DNA of 32,000 nucleotides from Pasteurella multocida (GCF_900187275.1 NZ_LT906458.1:660001-692000); one strand, 5' to 3'. Counted from the first letter of the stretch, positions 1-8,225 are shown. The notes: generated by a model not told the origin, from the letters alone. Made by a program: numbers and translations.

Positions 1-3000
1 CGTAAAGCCTTCCAAGATATGGAAAGCGCCTTGCGTGAAAACCGCATGACGCTTGAAGCCATTAAAGTGACGCAAGCCGATCGTGATTTATTTAAGCATT
101 TGATTACCGAAACGTCAAACTATGTGGCATCGGATTATATGCGCCATGCTAATGAACGTCGCGGTAACATTGAAAGTGCGGTGCGTTTCCGCCAAGATTG
201 GTATCGTGCGCGCACAGAACAGCATTTGTCACAACAACGTTTAGTCGAATTAAGTCGCGAAGCGGCAGAATTGGCCGAGAATGAAAAAACGTTAGAAGTA
301 GATCATCAAAGTGCAGTGGATTACTTGAACTTAGTGCTGAATGCGCTACGTCACCAAGAAAAAATCGCTCGTTATCAAGATGATGTGGCTGAAATTACGG
401 CGCGTTTAGAAGAACAGAAAATGGTGGTTGAAACGGCAACAGAACAACTTGAGGAAAGCCAAGTACAGGTTGAGCAGGTTGAACAAGAAGTAGATCAGAT
501 CCGTGCCCAATTAGCCGACTATCAACAAGCCTTAGATGCACAACAAACCCGTGCATTACAATATCAACAAGCGATTGCAGCGCTTGAAAAAGCCAAAACA
601 CTGTGTGGTTTAGCTGATTTAGGCGTAAAAAATGTTGAAGCTTATCACGATGAGTTTGCAGCACATGCTGAAAGTCTTACTGAGCAAGTGCTTGAATTAG
701 AACAAAAAATGTCAATTTCTGATGCAGCAAAATCACAATTTGATAAGGCTTATCAATTAGTTTGTAAAGTTGCAGGTGAGATTCCACGTTCTACAGCCTT
801 TGAACAAGCGAAAGTGCTCTTACGTGAATACCCAACACAAAAAGTACAAGCACAACAAACGCCTCAATTGCGTGCAAAATTACATGAATTAGAACAGCGC
901 TATGCACAACAACAAAGTGCGGTGCGTTTGTTAAAAGAATTTAATCAACGTGCAAATGTCAGCTTAGAAGATGCTGAGGCGTTGGAAGCCTACCATGCTG
1001 AACAAGAAGCTTTGCTCGAAGATGTCAGTGCAGAATTATCCGAACAAGTTGAACAACGTTCAACCTTGCGTCAAAAACGTGAGCAACTCACCGCACTTTA
1101 TCAGGATAATGCAAAAAAAGCGCCTGCTTGGTTAACCGCACAAGCCGCTTTAGAGCGTTTACAAGATCAAAGTGGGGAAACCTTTGCAGACAGTCAAGAT
1201 GTGATGCAATTTATGCAGGCACAATTGGTGAAAGAGCGTGAGTTAACCATTGAACGTGATCAGCTTGAACAACAACGTCAACAATTAGAAGCCCAAATTT
1301 CTCGTTTGAGCCAACCAGATGGGTCAGAAGATGCGCGCTTAAATGTGTTGGCTGAACGTTTTGGTGGGGTCTTGCTTTCCGAATTGTATGATGATGTACC
1401 GATTGAAGATGCCCCTTATTTCTCTGCCTTATATGGTCCGGCACGCCATGCCATTGTTGTACGTGATTTAGACGCGGTAAAAGGACAATTAGCTCAGCTT
1501 GAAGAATGCCCAGATGATTTATATTTAATCGAGGGTGACCCAACCGCTTTTGATGATAGCGTGCTTTCTGCCCAAGAATTAGCGCATGGTGTCGTTGTAC
1601 AGGTCTCTGATCGAGAATTACGTTACTCTAAATTCCCTGAGATTCCATTATTTGGTCGAGCTGCACGCGAGCAATATTTAGAGGCATTACAGCAACAACG
1701 TGATGACGTGACAGAGCAGCATGCACAACGTGCGTTTGATGTACAAAAATGTCAGCGTTTACACGAACATTTCAGTCAATTTGTCGGGCTACATTTAGCG
1801 CTCGCGTTCCAGCCAAATCCTGAAGAGGTGATGGCGGAAATTCAGCAACAACGCAATGAGATTGAGCGTGAATTAAATCAATTTGTGACGACGGAACAAC
1901 AATTGCGTATTCAATTAGACCATGCAAAAGAAAAAATGCAGTTGTTGAATAAGTTAATTCCGCAATTAAATCTGATTGCGGATGAAAGTTTGATTGATCG
2001 TGTAGAAGAGTGCCGTGAGCAACTAGATATTGCAGAACAAGATGAGTTATTTATTCGTCAATATGGCGCGACGTTGTCACAATTAGAACCTATTGCGAAC
2101 ACATTACAAAGTGACCCAGAACATTATGAACGCTTAAAAGCCGATTATGAACAGGCGATTTCACAGCAAAAACAAGTGCAACAACGCTTATTTGCATTAG
2201 CAGATGTATTACAACGTAAAGCGCATTTTGCTTATAAAGAGCGTGTTCAAACAGAAAACACCGATTTAAATGAACAATTACGCGCTAAGTTAGACAGTTT
2301 GCAACAACAACGTGAAGTGCAAAAAGCGCAGTTACAACAAAAGCAGCAGCAATTTACCAATTACAATCGTGTGTATATTGAGCTACAAACCTCGTTCAAT
2401 AACAAAATGCAAATGCTACAAGAGTTATTGCAAGAAGTTGGCGAATTAGGTGTACGAGCCGATCAAGGGGCAGAAGAACGTGCCAAACAACGTCGTGATG
2501 AATTACATCAAGTCTTATCGGATACACGTCAACGTCGTCACCATGTAGAGAAACAATTAACCTTAATTGAAAGTGAAGCGCAAAGTTTAAATGCACGTAT
2601 TCGTAAGGCGGAACGTGATTACAAAACACAACGCGAACTGGTGGTTGCCGCGAAAGTGAGCTGGTGTGTCGTCATGCGTTTATCGCGCGGTAGCGACGTG
2701 GAAAAACGCTTAAATCGTCGTGAATTTGCCTACTTATCTGCTGATGAATTGCGTTCTATGTCGGATAAAGCCCTTGGTGCATTACGTACGGCAGTCGCGG
2801 ATAATGAATATTTACGTGATAGTTTGCGTTTGTCTGAAGATAATCGTAAGCCAGAAAATAAAGTGCGTTTCTTTATTGCCGTCTATCAACATTTGCGTGA
2901 ACGTATTCGCCAAGACATTATTAAAACCGATGATCCAATCGATGCGATTGAGCAAATGGAAATTGAGCTTTCACGCTTAACAGATGAACTTACTCGCCGT

Positions 3001-3729
3001 GAACAGAAATTGGCGATCAGTTCTGAAAGTGTGGCAAATATCATGCATAAAACGATTCAGCGTGAACAAAACCGTATTCGTATGTTAAATCAAGGGCTAC
3101 AAAATATTGCCTTTGGTCAAGTCAAATCGGTTCGTCTCGTGGTCAATATTCGGGATACCCATGCGATGTTGCTTGACGCGTTATCGGGCACCCAAGAGGA
3201 ATACCAAGATTTATTTACTGATCAGCGTATGACCTTCTCGGAAGCAATCGCTAAGTTGTATCAGCGTTTAAACCCGCATATTGATATGGGGCAACGTACT
3301 GCGCAAACCATTGGAGAGGAGCTACTAGATTACCGTAATTATCTCGATCTGGAAGTGGAAGTGTATCGTGGCGCAGACGGTTGGTTACGTGCAGAAAGTG
3401 GTGCCTTATCAACGGGTGAAGCGATTGGTACCGGTATGTCGATTCTGTTAATGGTGGTACAAAGCTGGGAAGAAGAATCGCGCCGTATTCGCGGTAAAGA
3501 TATTGTGCCGTGTCGCTTGTTATTCTTAGATGAAGCCGCGCGTTTGGATGCAAAATCCATTTCCACCTTGTTTGAATTGTGCGAGCGTTTAGATATGCAA
3601 TTATTGATCGCCGCGCCTGAAAACATCAGCCCAGAAAAAGGCACAACCTATAAACTGGTACGTAAAATCGCCGGCAACCAAGAACATGTGCATGTGGTTG
3701 GTTTACGTGGTTTTGGCGCAACAGCCTAG
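1..3729 (+). CDS. mukB: Chromosome partition (condensin) protein MukB, 5'-truncated by the window edge
   Basis: The frame is open from base 1, so the ORF-track Met at 19 is internal. The product is over 1230 aa with long Q/E-rich coiled-coil segments. The C-terminal head has an SMC-like signature and Walker B region ([17 protein letters not shown] ... [11 protein letters not shown]). The length and layout are typical of MukB. Confidence 0.95.
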   Translation, partial: RKAFQDMESALRENRMTLEAIKVTQADRDLFKHLITETSNYVASDYMRHANERRGNIESAVRFRQDWYRARTEQHLSQQRLVELSREAAELAENEKTLEVDHQSAVDYLNLVLNALRHQEKIARYQDDVAEITARLEEQKMVVETATEQLEESQVQVEQVEQEVDQIRAQLADYQQALDAQQTRALQYQQAIAALEKAKTLCGLADLGVKNVEAYHDEFAAHAESLTEQVLELEQKMSISDAAKSQFDKAYQLVCKVAGEIPRSTAFEQAKVLLREYPTQKVQAQQTPQLRAKLHELEQRYAQQQSAVRLLKEFNQRANVSLEDAEALEAYHAEQEALLEDVSAELSEQVEQRSTLRQKREQLTALYQDNAKKAPAWLTAQAALERLQDQSGETFADSQDVMQFMQAQLVKERELTIERDQLEQQRQQLEAQISRLSQPDGSEDARLNVLAERFGGVLLSELYDDVPIEDAPYFSALYGPARHAIVVRDLDAVKGQLAQLEECPDDLYLIEGDPTAFDDSVLSAQELAHGVVVQVSDRELRYSKFPEIPLFGRAAREQYLEALQQQRDDVTEQHAQRAFDVQKCQRLHEHFSQFVGLHLALAFQPNPEEVMAEIQQQRNEIERELNQFVTTEQQLRIQLDHAKEKMQLLNKLIPQLNLIADESLIDRVEECREQLDIAEQDELFIRQYGATLSQLEPIANTLQSDPEHYERLKADYEQAISQQKQVQQRLFALADVLQRKAHFAYKERVQTENTDLNEQLRAKLDSLQQQREVQKAQLQQKQQQFTNYNRVYIELQTSFNNKMQMLQELLQEVGELGVRADQGAEERAKQRRDELHQVLSDTRQRRHHVEKQLTLIESEAQSLNARIRKAERDYKTQRELVVAAKVSWCVVMRLSRGSDVEKRLNRREFAYLSADELRSMSDKALGALRTAVADNEYLRDSLRLSEDNRKPENKVRFFIAVYQHLRERIRQDIIKTDDPIDAIEQMEIELSRLTDELTRREQKLAISSESVANIMHKTIQREQNRIRMLNQGLQNIAFGQVKSVRLVVNIRDTHAMLLDALSGTQEEYQDLFTDQRMTFSEAIAKLYQRLNPHIDMGQRTAQTIGEELLDYRNYLDLEVEVYRGADGWLRAESGALSTGEAIGTGMSILLMVVQSWEEESRRIRGKDIVPCRLLFLDEAARLDAKSISTLFELCERLDMQLLIAAPENISPEKGTTYKLVRKIAGNQEHVHVVGLRGFGATA
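174..182 (+). repeat. Hin-type uptake signal sequence core AAGTGCGGT (inside mukB)
   Basis: Exact 9-mer read directly from the sequence. Confidence 0.85.
915..923 (+). repeat. Hin-type USS core AAGTGCGGT (inside mukB)
   Basis: Exact 9-mer read directly from the sequence. Confidence 0.85.
1090..1098 (-). repeat. Hin-type USS core (ACCGCACTT on the + strand, inside mukB)
   Basis: Exact reverse-complement 9-mer read directly from the sequence. Confidence 0.85.
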
Positions 3730-3743
3730 TTAAAAAAGAAAGA

Positions 3744-3787
3744 AAAAGTGCGGTCAATTTATTGAATATTTTGACCGCACTTTTTTA
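3744..3787 (+). terminator. Rho-independent terminator of mukB formed by an inverted USS pair
   Basis: AAAAGTGCGGTCAA (3744-3757) pairs with TTGACCGCACTTTT (3771-3784) across a 13-nt loop, followed by a T-run. USS cores lie at 3746-3754 (+) and 3774-3782 (-). It starts 15 nt after the mukB stop. Confidence 0.85.
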
Positions 3788-3837
3788 TCTCGTCATCGAG
3801 GAAGATTATTTTTGAGTGACGACAGCAGGGATTCATT

Positions 3838-3866
3838 TTTAGCGGAAATAAAAAGGGTGTTATAAT
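3838..3866 (+). promoter_or_regulatory. Candidate sigma70 promoter with extended -10 for the DMT-like gene
   Basis: TGtTATAAT at 3858-3866 is a perfect TATAAT with a TG extension. The -35 is weak (TTTAGC, 3838-3843, 17-nt spacer). An AAGGA ribosome-binding site sits about 9 nt before the ATG at 3897. Confidence 0.4.
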
Positions 3867-3896
3867 CCGCCGTTCATTTTTTTAAGGAAAAATAAT

Positions 3897-4763
3897 ATGC
3901 ATCATCTTATCATTGCTGTCCTTTGTAGCGTGGCAGTATCCGTGTTGCTTAAAGTGGCACGTAAGAAAAACATTGTGATTCAACAAGCGATTGCCTTTAA
4001 TTATATTGTCGCGCTGAGCTTAAGCTATTTCTTATTAAAGCCTGATTTTAAAGGGTTAGGCTTTTCGGAATTTGTGGCGCAAAGTGACAACGCGCCGGTG
4101 TTCTTTGCTTTAGGAATTTTATTGCCGACAGTTTTTATTGTCATGTCGAAGGCGGTAGAGTATGCGGGGATTGTGCGTTCTGACGCCGCACAACGTTTAT
4201 CATTATTTTTACCCATTGTGGCCGCCTTTGTGATTTTTGGTGAACAACTGAGCTCAGCACGTTTAATGGGTATCATTCTGGCATTTGTCGCGTTATTTTG
4301 CTTATTAAATAAACCTACTGATACAGAAAGCAACTTAAAAGGGGTAGTCAGTTTAATTCTGGTTTGGTTCGGCTACGGCATTATTGACATTCTGTTTAAA
4401 CAAGTGGCGAAAAGTGGCGGGGCTTTCCCAGCAACCCTGTTTATTTCCTTTGTGCTTGCGGCATGTGTAATGTTTGGTTATTTATTATTGAAACGTGAAG
4501 TTTGGACCGTGCCAAGTTTTATTGGCGGAATAATTTTAGGTGGTCTAAACTTTATGAATATTTTGTTCTATATTAAAGCACACCAAAGTTTTAATGATAA
4601 TCCAACATTGGTATTTGCCGGCATGAATATTGGTGTGATTTGCTTAGGAACGATCACCGGCGCCTTGGTTTTTAAAGAAAAAATAAGTAAAATCAATGGG
4701 GTAGGTATCGCTATCGGCATTAGTGCTATTTTCTGTCTTTTCTATTTAGATAAATTACTTTAA
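3897..4763 (+). CDS. Integral membrane protein, about 10 TM helices, probable DMT/EamA-like transporter of unknown substrate
   Basis: 288 aa. I count about 10 hydrophobic helices arranged as 5+5. Both halves end with a similar motif (FGEQLSSARLMGIILAFVALFCLL and FKEKISKINGVGIAIGISAIFCLF), which resembles the EamA repeat. The family call rests on topology only. Confidence 0.55.
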   Translation: MHHLIIAVLCSVAVSVLLKVARKKNIVIQQAIAFNYIVALSLSYFLLKPDFKGLGFSEFVAQSDNAPVFFALGILLPTVFIVMSKAVEYAGIVRSDAAQRLSLFLPIVAAFVIFGEQLSSARLMGIILAFVALFCLLNKPTDTESNLKGVVSLILVWFGYGIIDILFKQVAKSGGAFPATLFISFVLAACVMFGYLLLKREVWTVPSFIGGIILGGLNFMNILFYIKAHQSFNDNPTLVFAGMNIGVICLGTITGALVFKEKISKINGVGIAIGISAIFCLFYLDKLL

Positions 4764-4785
4764 CCACAGTTTCGGATAACAACAG

Positions 4786-4811
4786 CCGCACAAAAGTGCG
4801 GTTTGTTTTTT
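4786..4811 (+). terminator. Rho-independent terminator containing a USS
   Basis: CCGCAC (4786-4791), loop AAAA, GTGCGG (4796-4801), then TTTGTTTTTT. The USS core is at 4794-4802. It starts 23 nt after the stop of the upstream gene. Confidence 0.75.
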
Positions 4812-4837
4812 CTGAATTTTATTGATTATGCTAGAAT
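4810..4837 (+). promoter_or_regulatory. Candidate extended -10 promoter for sbcB
   Basis: TGcTAGAAT at 4829-4837 with a weak -35 (TTCTGA, 4810-4815). Confidence 0.35.
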
Positions 4838-4864
4838 GACGTTTATTTGTTATTGAGTACGATT

Positions 4865-6292
4865 ATGTCCACATCACCTGATTTTAGCTTTTTCATTTAT
4901 GATTATGAGAGTTTTGGCGTTGACCCCGCTTCTGATCGTCCCGCTCAATTCGCTGGTATTCGCACTGACATTAATTTCAATATCATCAGTGACCCTGTCA
5001 TGTTTTATTGTAAACAAACCAATGATTATTTACCCGCGCCTGAAGCGGTTTTAGTCACAGGGATTACACCACAAGAATGTAATGAGAAGGGGATTCCTGA
5101 ACCAGAGTTTGCGGAACGCATTTTGCAAGAGTTCAGTCGTCCAAATACGTGTGTGATGGGATTTAATAATATTCGTTATGATGATGAAATGACACGCTAT
5201 ACCTTTTATCGCAATTTCATTGATCCCTATGAATATAGCTGGAAAAATGGCAATTCACGTTGGGATTTATTGGATTTGGTCCGTGCTTGCTATGCTTTAC
5301 GCCCAGAAGGTATTAATTGGGCTTATGATGAAGAAGGGATGCCGTCATTTCGTTTAGAGAAATTGACTAAAGCCAATGGCATTGAACATAGCAATGCACA
5401 TGATGCAATGGCGGATGTATATGCCACCATTGCGATGGCAAAACTGATTAAAGAAAAACAACCCAAATTATTTCAATATTTCTTTGAAAATCGCGGTAAA
5501 AAAGAAGTTGAGAAACTGATTGATACTGCAAATCTGACGCCATTGGTTCATGTTTCAGGTATGCTTGGTAATCATCGTGGTAATACTACCTGGATTGTGC
5601 CTTTAGCCTGGCATCCGACTAATCAAAATGCGGTCATTTGTTGTGACTTAGCCGCAAATATAACAGATTTACTCAATAAAGATGCCAACGAATTACGTCA
5701 AAATCTTTATACTCCTAAAGCTGAATTAATTGAAAAGGGGATTTTACCGGTACCATTAAAATTGGTGCACATTAATAAGTGTCCAATTCTTGCGCCTGCT
5801 AAAACCTTATTACCTGAAAATGCAGCGCGGTTAGGTATTGATCGTACATTTTGTTTGGAAAACTTACAGCGCCTCAAATTATCGCTATCTATTCGTGACA
5901 AGGTCACTGAAATTTTCAATGAAGAACGGCATTTTACCCCAAGCATCAATGTAGAAACAGAACTGTATAATGGGTTCTTTGATTACAATGATAAAAACAA
6001 CATGGCGATTTTACGTCATTTACCAGAAGAAAAGCTGGCCGAGCATGGTTTAGCGTTTAAAGATGCGCGTATCCCCAAATTATTATTCCATTATCGGGCA
6101 AGACATTATTTTAATAGCTTAACTCGCGCAGAACAAATTCAATGGCAAAAGTACCGTCATAAAAAGTTGGATCAAGTTGCACTGCAATTTGAGCAGAGTT
6201 TACAACGTTTAATCGCAGAGAATAGTGAAAATCCGACTAATTTAACCTTATTACAAAAAGTCTATGAGTATGGCGCAAAAATATTAGCCTAA
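4865..6292 (+). CDS. sbcB: Exodeoxyribonuclease I (3'-5' ssDNA exonuclease)
   Basis: The N-terminal DnaQ-like motif FIYDYESFG..DRPAQFAGIRTD matches E. coli SbcB (FLFHDYETFG..DRPAQFAAIRTD). A later H-x4-D motif (HSNAHDAMADV) is present. The ORF track starts at TTG 4847. I prefer ATG 4865 (MSTSPDF...) because it lies downstream of the candidate promoter and fits the SbcB N-terminus. Confidence 0.9.
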   Translation: MSTSPDFSFFIYDYESFGVDPASDRPAQFAGIRTDINFNIISDPVMFYCKQTNDYLPAPEAVLVTGITPQECNEKGIPEPEFAERILQEFSRPNTCVMGFNNIRYDDEMTRYTFYRNFIDPYEYSWKNGNSRWDLLDLVRACYALRPEGINWAYDEEGMPSFRLEKLTKANGIEHSNAHDAMADVYATIAMAKLIKEKQPKLFQYFFENRGKKEVEKLIDTANLTPLVHVSGMLGNHRGNTTWIVPLAWHPTNQNAVICCDLAANITDLLNKDANELRQNLYTPKAELIEKGILPVPLKLVHINKCPILAPAKTLLPENAARLGIDRTFCLENLQRLKLSLSIRDKVTEIFNEERHFTPSINVETELYNGFFDYNDKNNMAILRHLPEEKLAEHGLAFKDARIPKLLFHYRARHYFNSLTRAEQIQWQKYRHKKLDQVALQFEQSLQRLIAENSENPTNLTLLQKVYEYGAKILA

Positions 6293-6340
6293 ATAGGTTG
6301 TCGAGCGTTAATTTTTGCTTAGCTTACTGCACAAATCATT

Positions 6341-6357
6341 TCAGATTTCACGTAGCG
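6341..6357. repeat. Left arm of a perfect 17-bp inverted repeat (TCAGATTTCACGTAGCG)
   Basis: Its exact reverse complement is at 6854-6870. The arms extend imperfectly inward (CAATAAA 6362-6368 pairs with TTTATTG 6841-6847). Confidence 0.9.
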
Positions 6358-6373
6358 CGATCAATAAAAATAA

Positions 6374-6406
6374 AGTCATGGAGAAGTTAATCCGTGGCTT
6401 TTTTTA
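6374..6406 (+). terminator. Rho-independent terminator, probably for sbcB
   Basis: AGTCATGGA (6374-6382) pairs with TCCGTGGCT (6391-6399) as 9 bp including two G-U pairs. The loop is 8 nt and a T7 run follows. It lies inside the segment bracketed by the inverted repeat. Confidence 0.65.
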
Positions 6407-6853
6407 TTTATTTTGAAAGTTACTTTTTATTTCATCTTTAATTTTGCCTGACAATAGTATTATTACCGTTCATAACTCAAAAATGTTGATGTGACAACGC
6501 ACATCATTTCCTTATTTCATCTTGCTTAAGTAGTAAAAGTGATCTGTGTATAAGTCTGTGATTTATTTATATCGTAGTGTTCATTAACTTTGTAACTAAC
6601 TTCGCATAATGTATATTATGTTAAATTAAATAGAAAAGTGACAAGTAGATTTAACGTGACATGCTCACTCGTGAATGCATGCACTATTCTGTTATTTTTA
6701 TGTGTAGTTTTTTGGAAGGGAAATATTTTATGATGAGTTATATTTTTTCTTTTCTTTAAAAAGAAATGCTATCTCTTCTACGATTGGAATAATTTCTTCT
6801 TATTTCATCACGGCAATTTAAATCAAAATAAGAATATAAATTTATTGTGGTAA

Positions 6854-6870
6854 CGCTACGTGAAATCTGA
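6854..6870. repeat. Right arm of the perfect 17-bp inverted repeat (CGCTACGTGAAATCTGA)
   Basis: Exact reverse complement of 6341-6357. It is followed immediately by G then T7. Its last 5 nt also belong to a local 7-bp hairpin (TCTGAGT 6866-6872 with ACTCAGA 6891-6897). Confidence 0.9.
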
Positions 6871-7064
6871 GTTTTTTTAGGTAGAATAATACTCAGAAAG
6901 TAAAAAAGAATGTTATATGGAAAACGTCATTTTATGCTTATGATAAAAAACATGCTCCAAATTAACTTCCTTTAATTATGCCTATTTTCTTTTAAAACAA
7001 GGGATTTGTTGCCATTGAGATGTATTATCTTCAATGGTTAATACAGAAAAGTGTTAACAAAAAT

Positions 7065-7094
7065 TTGACATTTTAGGTTAAAAAATAATAAGAT
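7065..7094 (+). promoter_or_regulatory. Candidate sigma70 promoter of the yqjD-like operon
   Basis: Perfect -35 TTGACA (7065-7070), an 18-nt spacer and -10 TAAGAT (7089-7094). An AGGAGA ribosome-binding site at 7141-7146 precedes the ATG at 7157. Confidence 0.45.
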
Positions 7095-7156
7095 GAAGTG
7101 GTCTAGCCAGAATCCCCTCGTTAGATTTACCACATTTAGTAGGAGAATTTACAAGA

Positions 7157-7468
7157 ATGAGTAAAGAATTCGATAAAAAACGTGATGAATTATTAAGTGA
7201 GATTCGTGAGATCTTAGATAATGCAGAAGAGCTATTCGATGAAAAATCTAAAGCCAGTGTGGATGAATTAAAAAAACTGAAATCGAATCTGGATTCACGT
7301 GTTTCTAAATTACAGAAACAATTTGGCGCATTAAAGGATGATGCTGTTGCTGGTACGAAAGAAGTGATTAAACAAACTGACGAGTTAGTCCAAGATAATC
7401 CTTATAAAGCAATTGGGGTTGCTGGTGTTATTGGATTATTATTAGGCGTTTTAATCTCTAAGAAATAA
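7157..7468 (+). CDS. yqjD: ElaB/YqjD/DUF883-family tail-anchored, ribosome-associated membrane protein
   Basis: 103 aa. It has a charged helical N-terminal region and a conserved C-terminus (NPYKAIGVAGVIGLLLGVLISKK) typical of YqjD/ElaB/YgaM. It is followed by yqjE-like and yqjK-like genes, as in E. coli. Confidence 0.85.
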   Translation: MSKEFDKKRDELLSEIREILDNAEELFDEKSKASVDELKKLKSNLDSRVSKLQKQFGALKDDAVAGTKEVIKQTDELVQDNPYKAIGVAGVIGLLLGVLISKK

Positions 7469-7482
7469 CGTTTTGCAATTGT

Positions 7483-7510
7483 AAAAGGCTACACCATGTA
7501 GCCTTTTCTT
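7483..7510 (+). terminator. Intra-operon hairpin (attenuator or partial terminator) between yqjD-like and yqjE-like
   Basis: AAAAGGCTACA (7483-7493) pairs with TGTAGCCTTTT (7497-7507) as an 11-bp stem with a 3-nt loop, followed by CTT. The T-tract is mostly inside the stem, so termination is likely only partial. Confidence 0.5.
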
Positions 7511-7526
7511 ACAATTAGGACGATAA

Positions 7527-7919
7527 ATGCAAATTTTACAGAAAATCAAAAACATCACCCTCACCTCTCTTGAACTTATTCATGTGCGTTTAGACATGGC
7601 AAGAATTGAGTTAGTGGAGCAAAAGAATTTTTTAATCACGTTATTGAGTGCATTATTTGTGATTTTTATTCTTTTGTTGGTGTCATTTATCAGTTTATTA
7701 TTTGGGTTAAATTCGCTACTTGATCCTGAAATCAAACAAATTGTTTTTTTTGCCATTAGTGCGGGCGCATTTTTCCTGATTTTGATTTTATTACTGCTCA
7801 TGCGAAAGATTCTAAAGAAACAGCGTAATTTTATGGTGGATACTTTAACTGAAGTAAAACATGATATCCAAGCGATAAAAGGTGCACTTGGCTCCCCTTC
7901 AAGTAAAGATCAAGAGTAG
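7527..7919 (+). CDS. yqjE: YqjE-like (DUF1469) inner-membrane protein
   Basis: 130 aa. The N-terminal amphipathic segment (LELIHVRLDMARIELVEQKNFLITLL) is followed by two TM helices, as in E. coli YqjE. Its position after the yqjD-like gene supports the call. Confidence 0.75.
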   Translation: MQILQKIKNITLTSLELIHVRLDMARIELVEQKNFLITLLSALFVIFILLLVSFISLLFGLNSLLDPEIKQIVFFAISAGAFFLILILLLLMRKILKKQRNFMVDTLTEVKHDIQAIKGALGSPSSKDQE

Positions 7920-7931
7920 TAAGGAGCGTTT

Positions 7932-8210
7932 ATGAAAACAGAATTAGAGCAAGAAAAAGAATTATTGATGATGAAAGGTGATGCATTGCGTATGAAACTT
8001 TATGCGCAATCTAAACCAAAACAAGTCACTCCCCATTTTACATTTGCAGATTCACTTTCAATGATTGCTTCTTCACTGAATCAACCCGTTGTGCGTTCGT
8101 TAGCCGTGTCATTACTCAGTAAAAAATTATTGAGTTCTAAATTTTTAACTTACTCTGCTTTAGGCATGATTGCGCTTTATTTATTGAATCGAAACAATTC
8201 AACGGAATAA
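7932..8210 (+). CDS. yqjK: YqjK-like small protein
   Basis: 92 aa. It has a charged helical N-terminus and a C-terminal hydrophobic segment, and it is third in a yqjD-yqjE-yqjK arrangement. An AGGAG ribosome-binding site precedes the ATG. Confidence 0.6.
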   Translation: MKTELEQEKELLMMKGDALRMKLYAQSKPKQVTPHFTFADSLSMIASSLNQPVVRSLAVSLLSKKLLSSKFLTYSALGMIALYLLNRNNSTE

Positions 8211-8225
8211 TCTCCCCTATAATGC

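Noticed and set aside
395-3644. Several 67-110-aa ORFs antisense to or out of frame with mukB (395-664, 1211-1543, 2396-2629, 2720-2980, 3251-3553, 3339-3644).
   Set aside because: All are nested in the continuous, homology-supported mukB frame. They are shadow ORFs.
6378-6416. A 12-codon Phe-rich mini-ORF (MEKLIRGFFYLF) overlapping the terminator at 6374-6406. I considered it as an attenuation leader peptide.
   Set aside because: It has no SD. The Phe codons are simply the terminator T-tract read in frame. A leader peptide should precede the terminator rather than be made of it, and no downstream gene would be regulated.
6487-6506. A CRP-binding-site reading of the TGTGA-containing dyad.
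   Set aside because: The right half reads ACATC, not TCACA, at the required 6-nt spacing. It also does not fit the CRP-S (TGCGA) variant.
7744-7751. Homopolymer tracts as possible phase-variation switches: T8 in yqjE, C7 (G7 on the coding strand) in topA around 10478-10484, and A7 at codons 2-3 of the inserted ORF around 26280-26286.
   Set aside because: The tracts are 8 nt or shorter, and some lie in essential or housekeeping genes. I saw none of the tetranucleotide or long simple-sequence repeats typical of Haemophilus contingency loci anywhere in the window.
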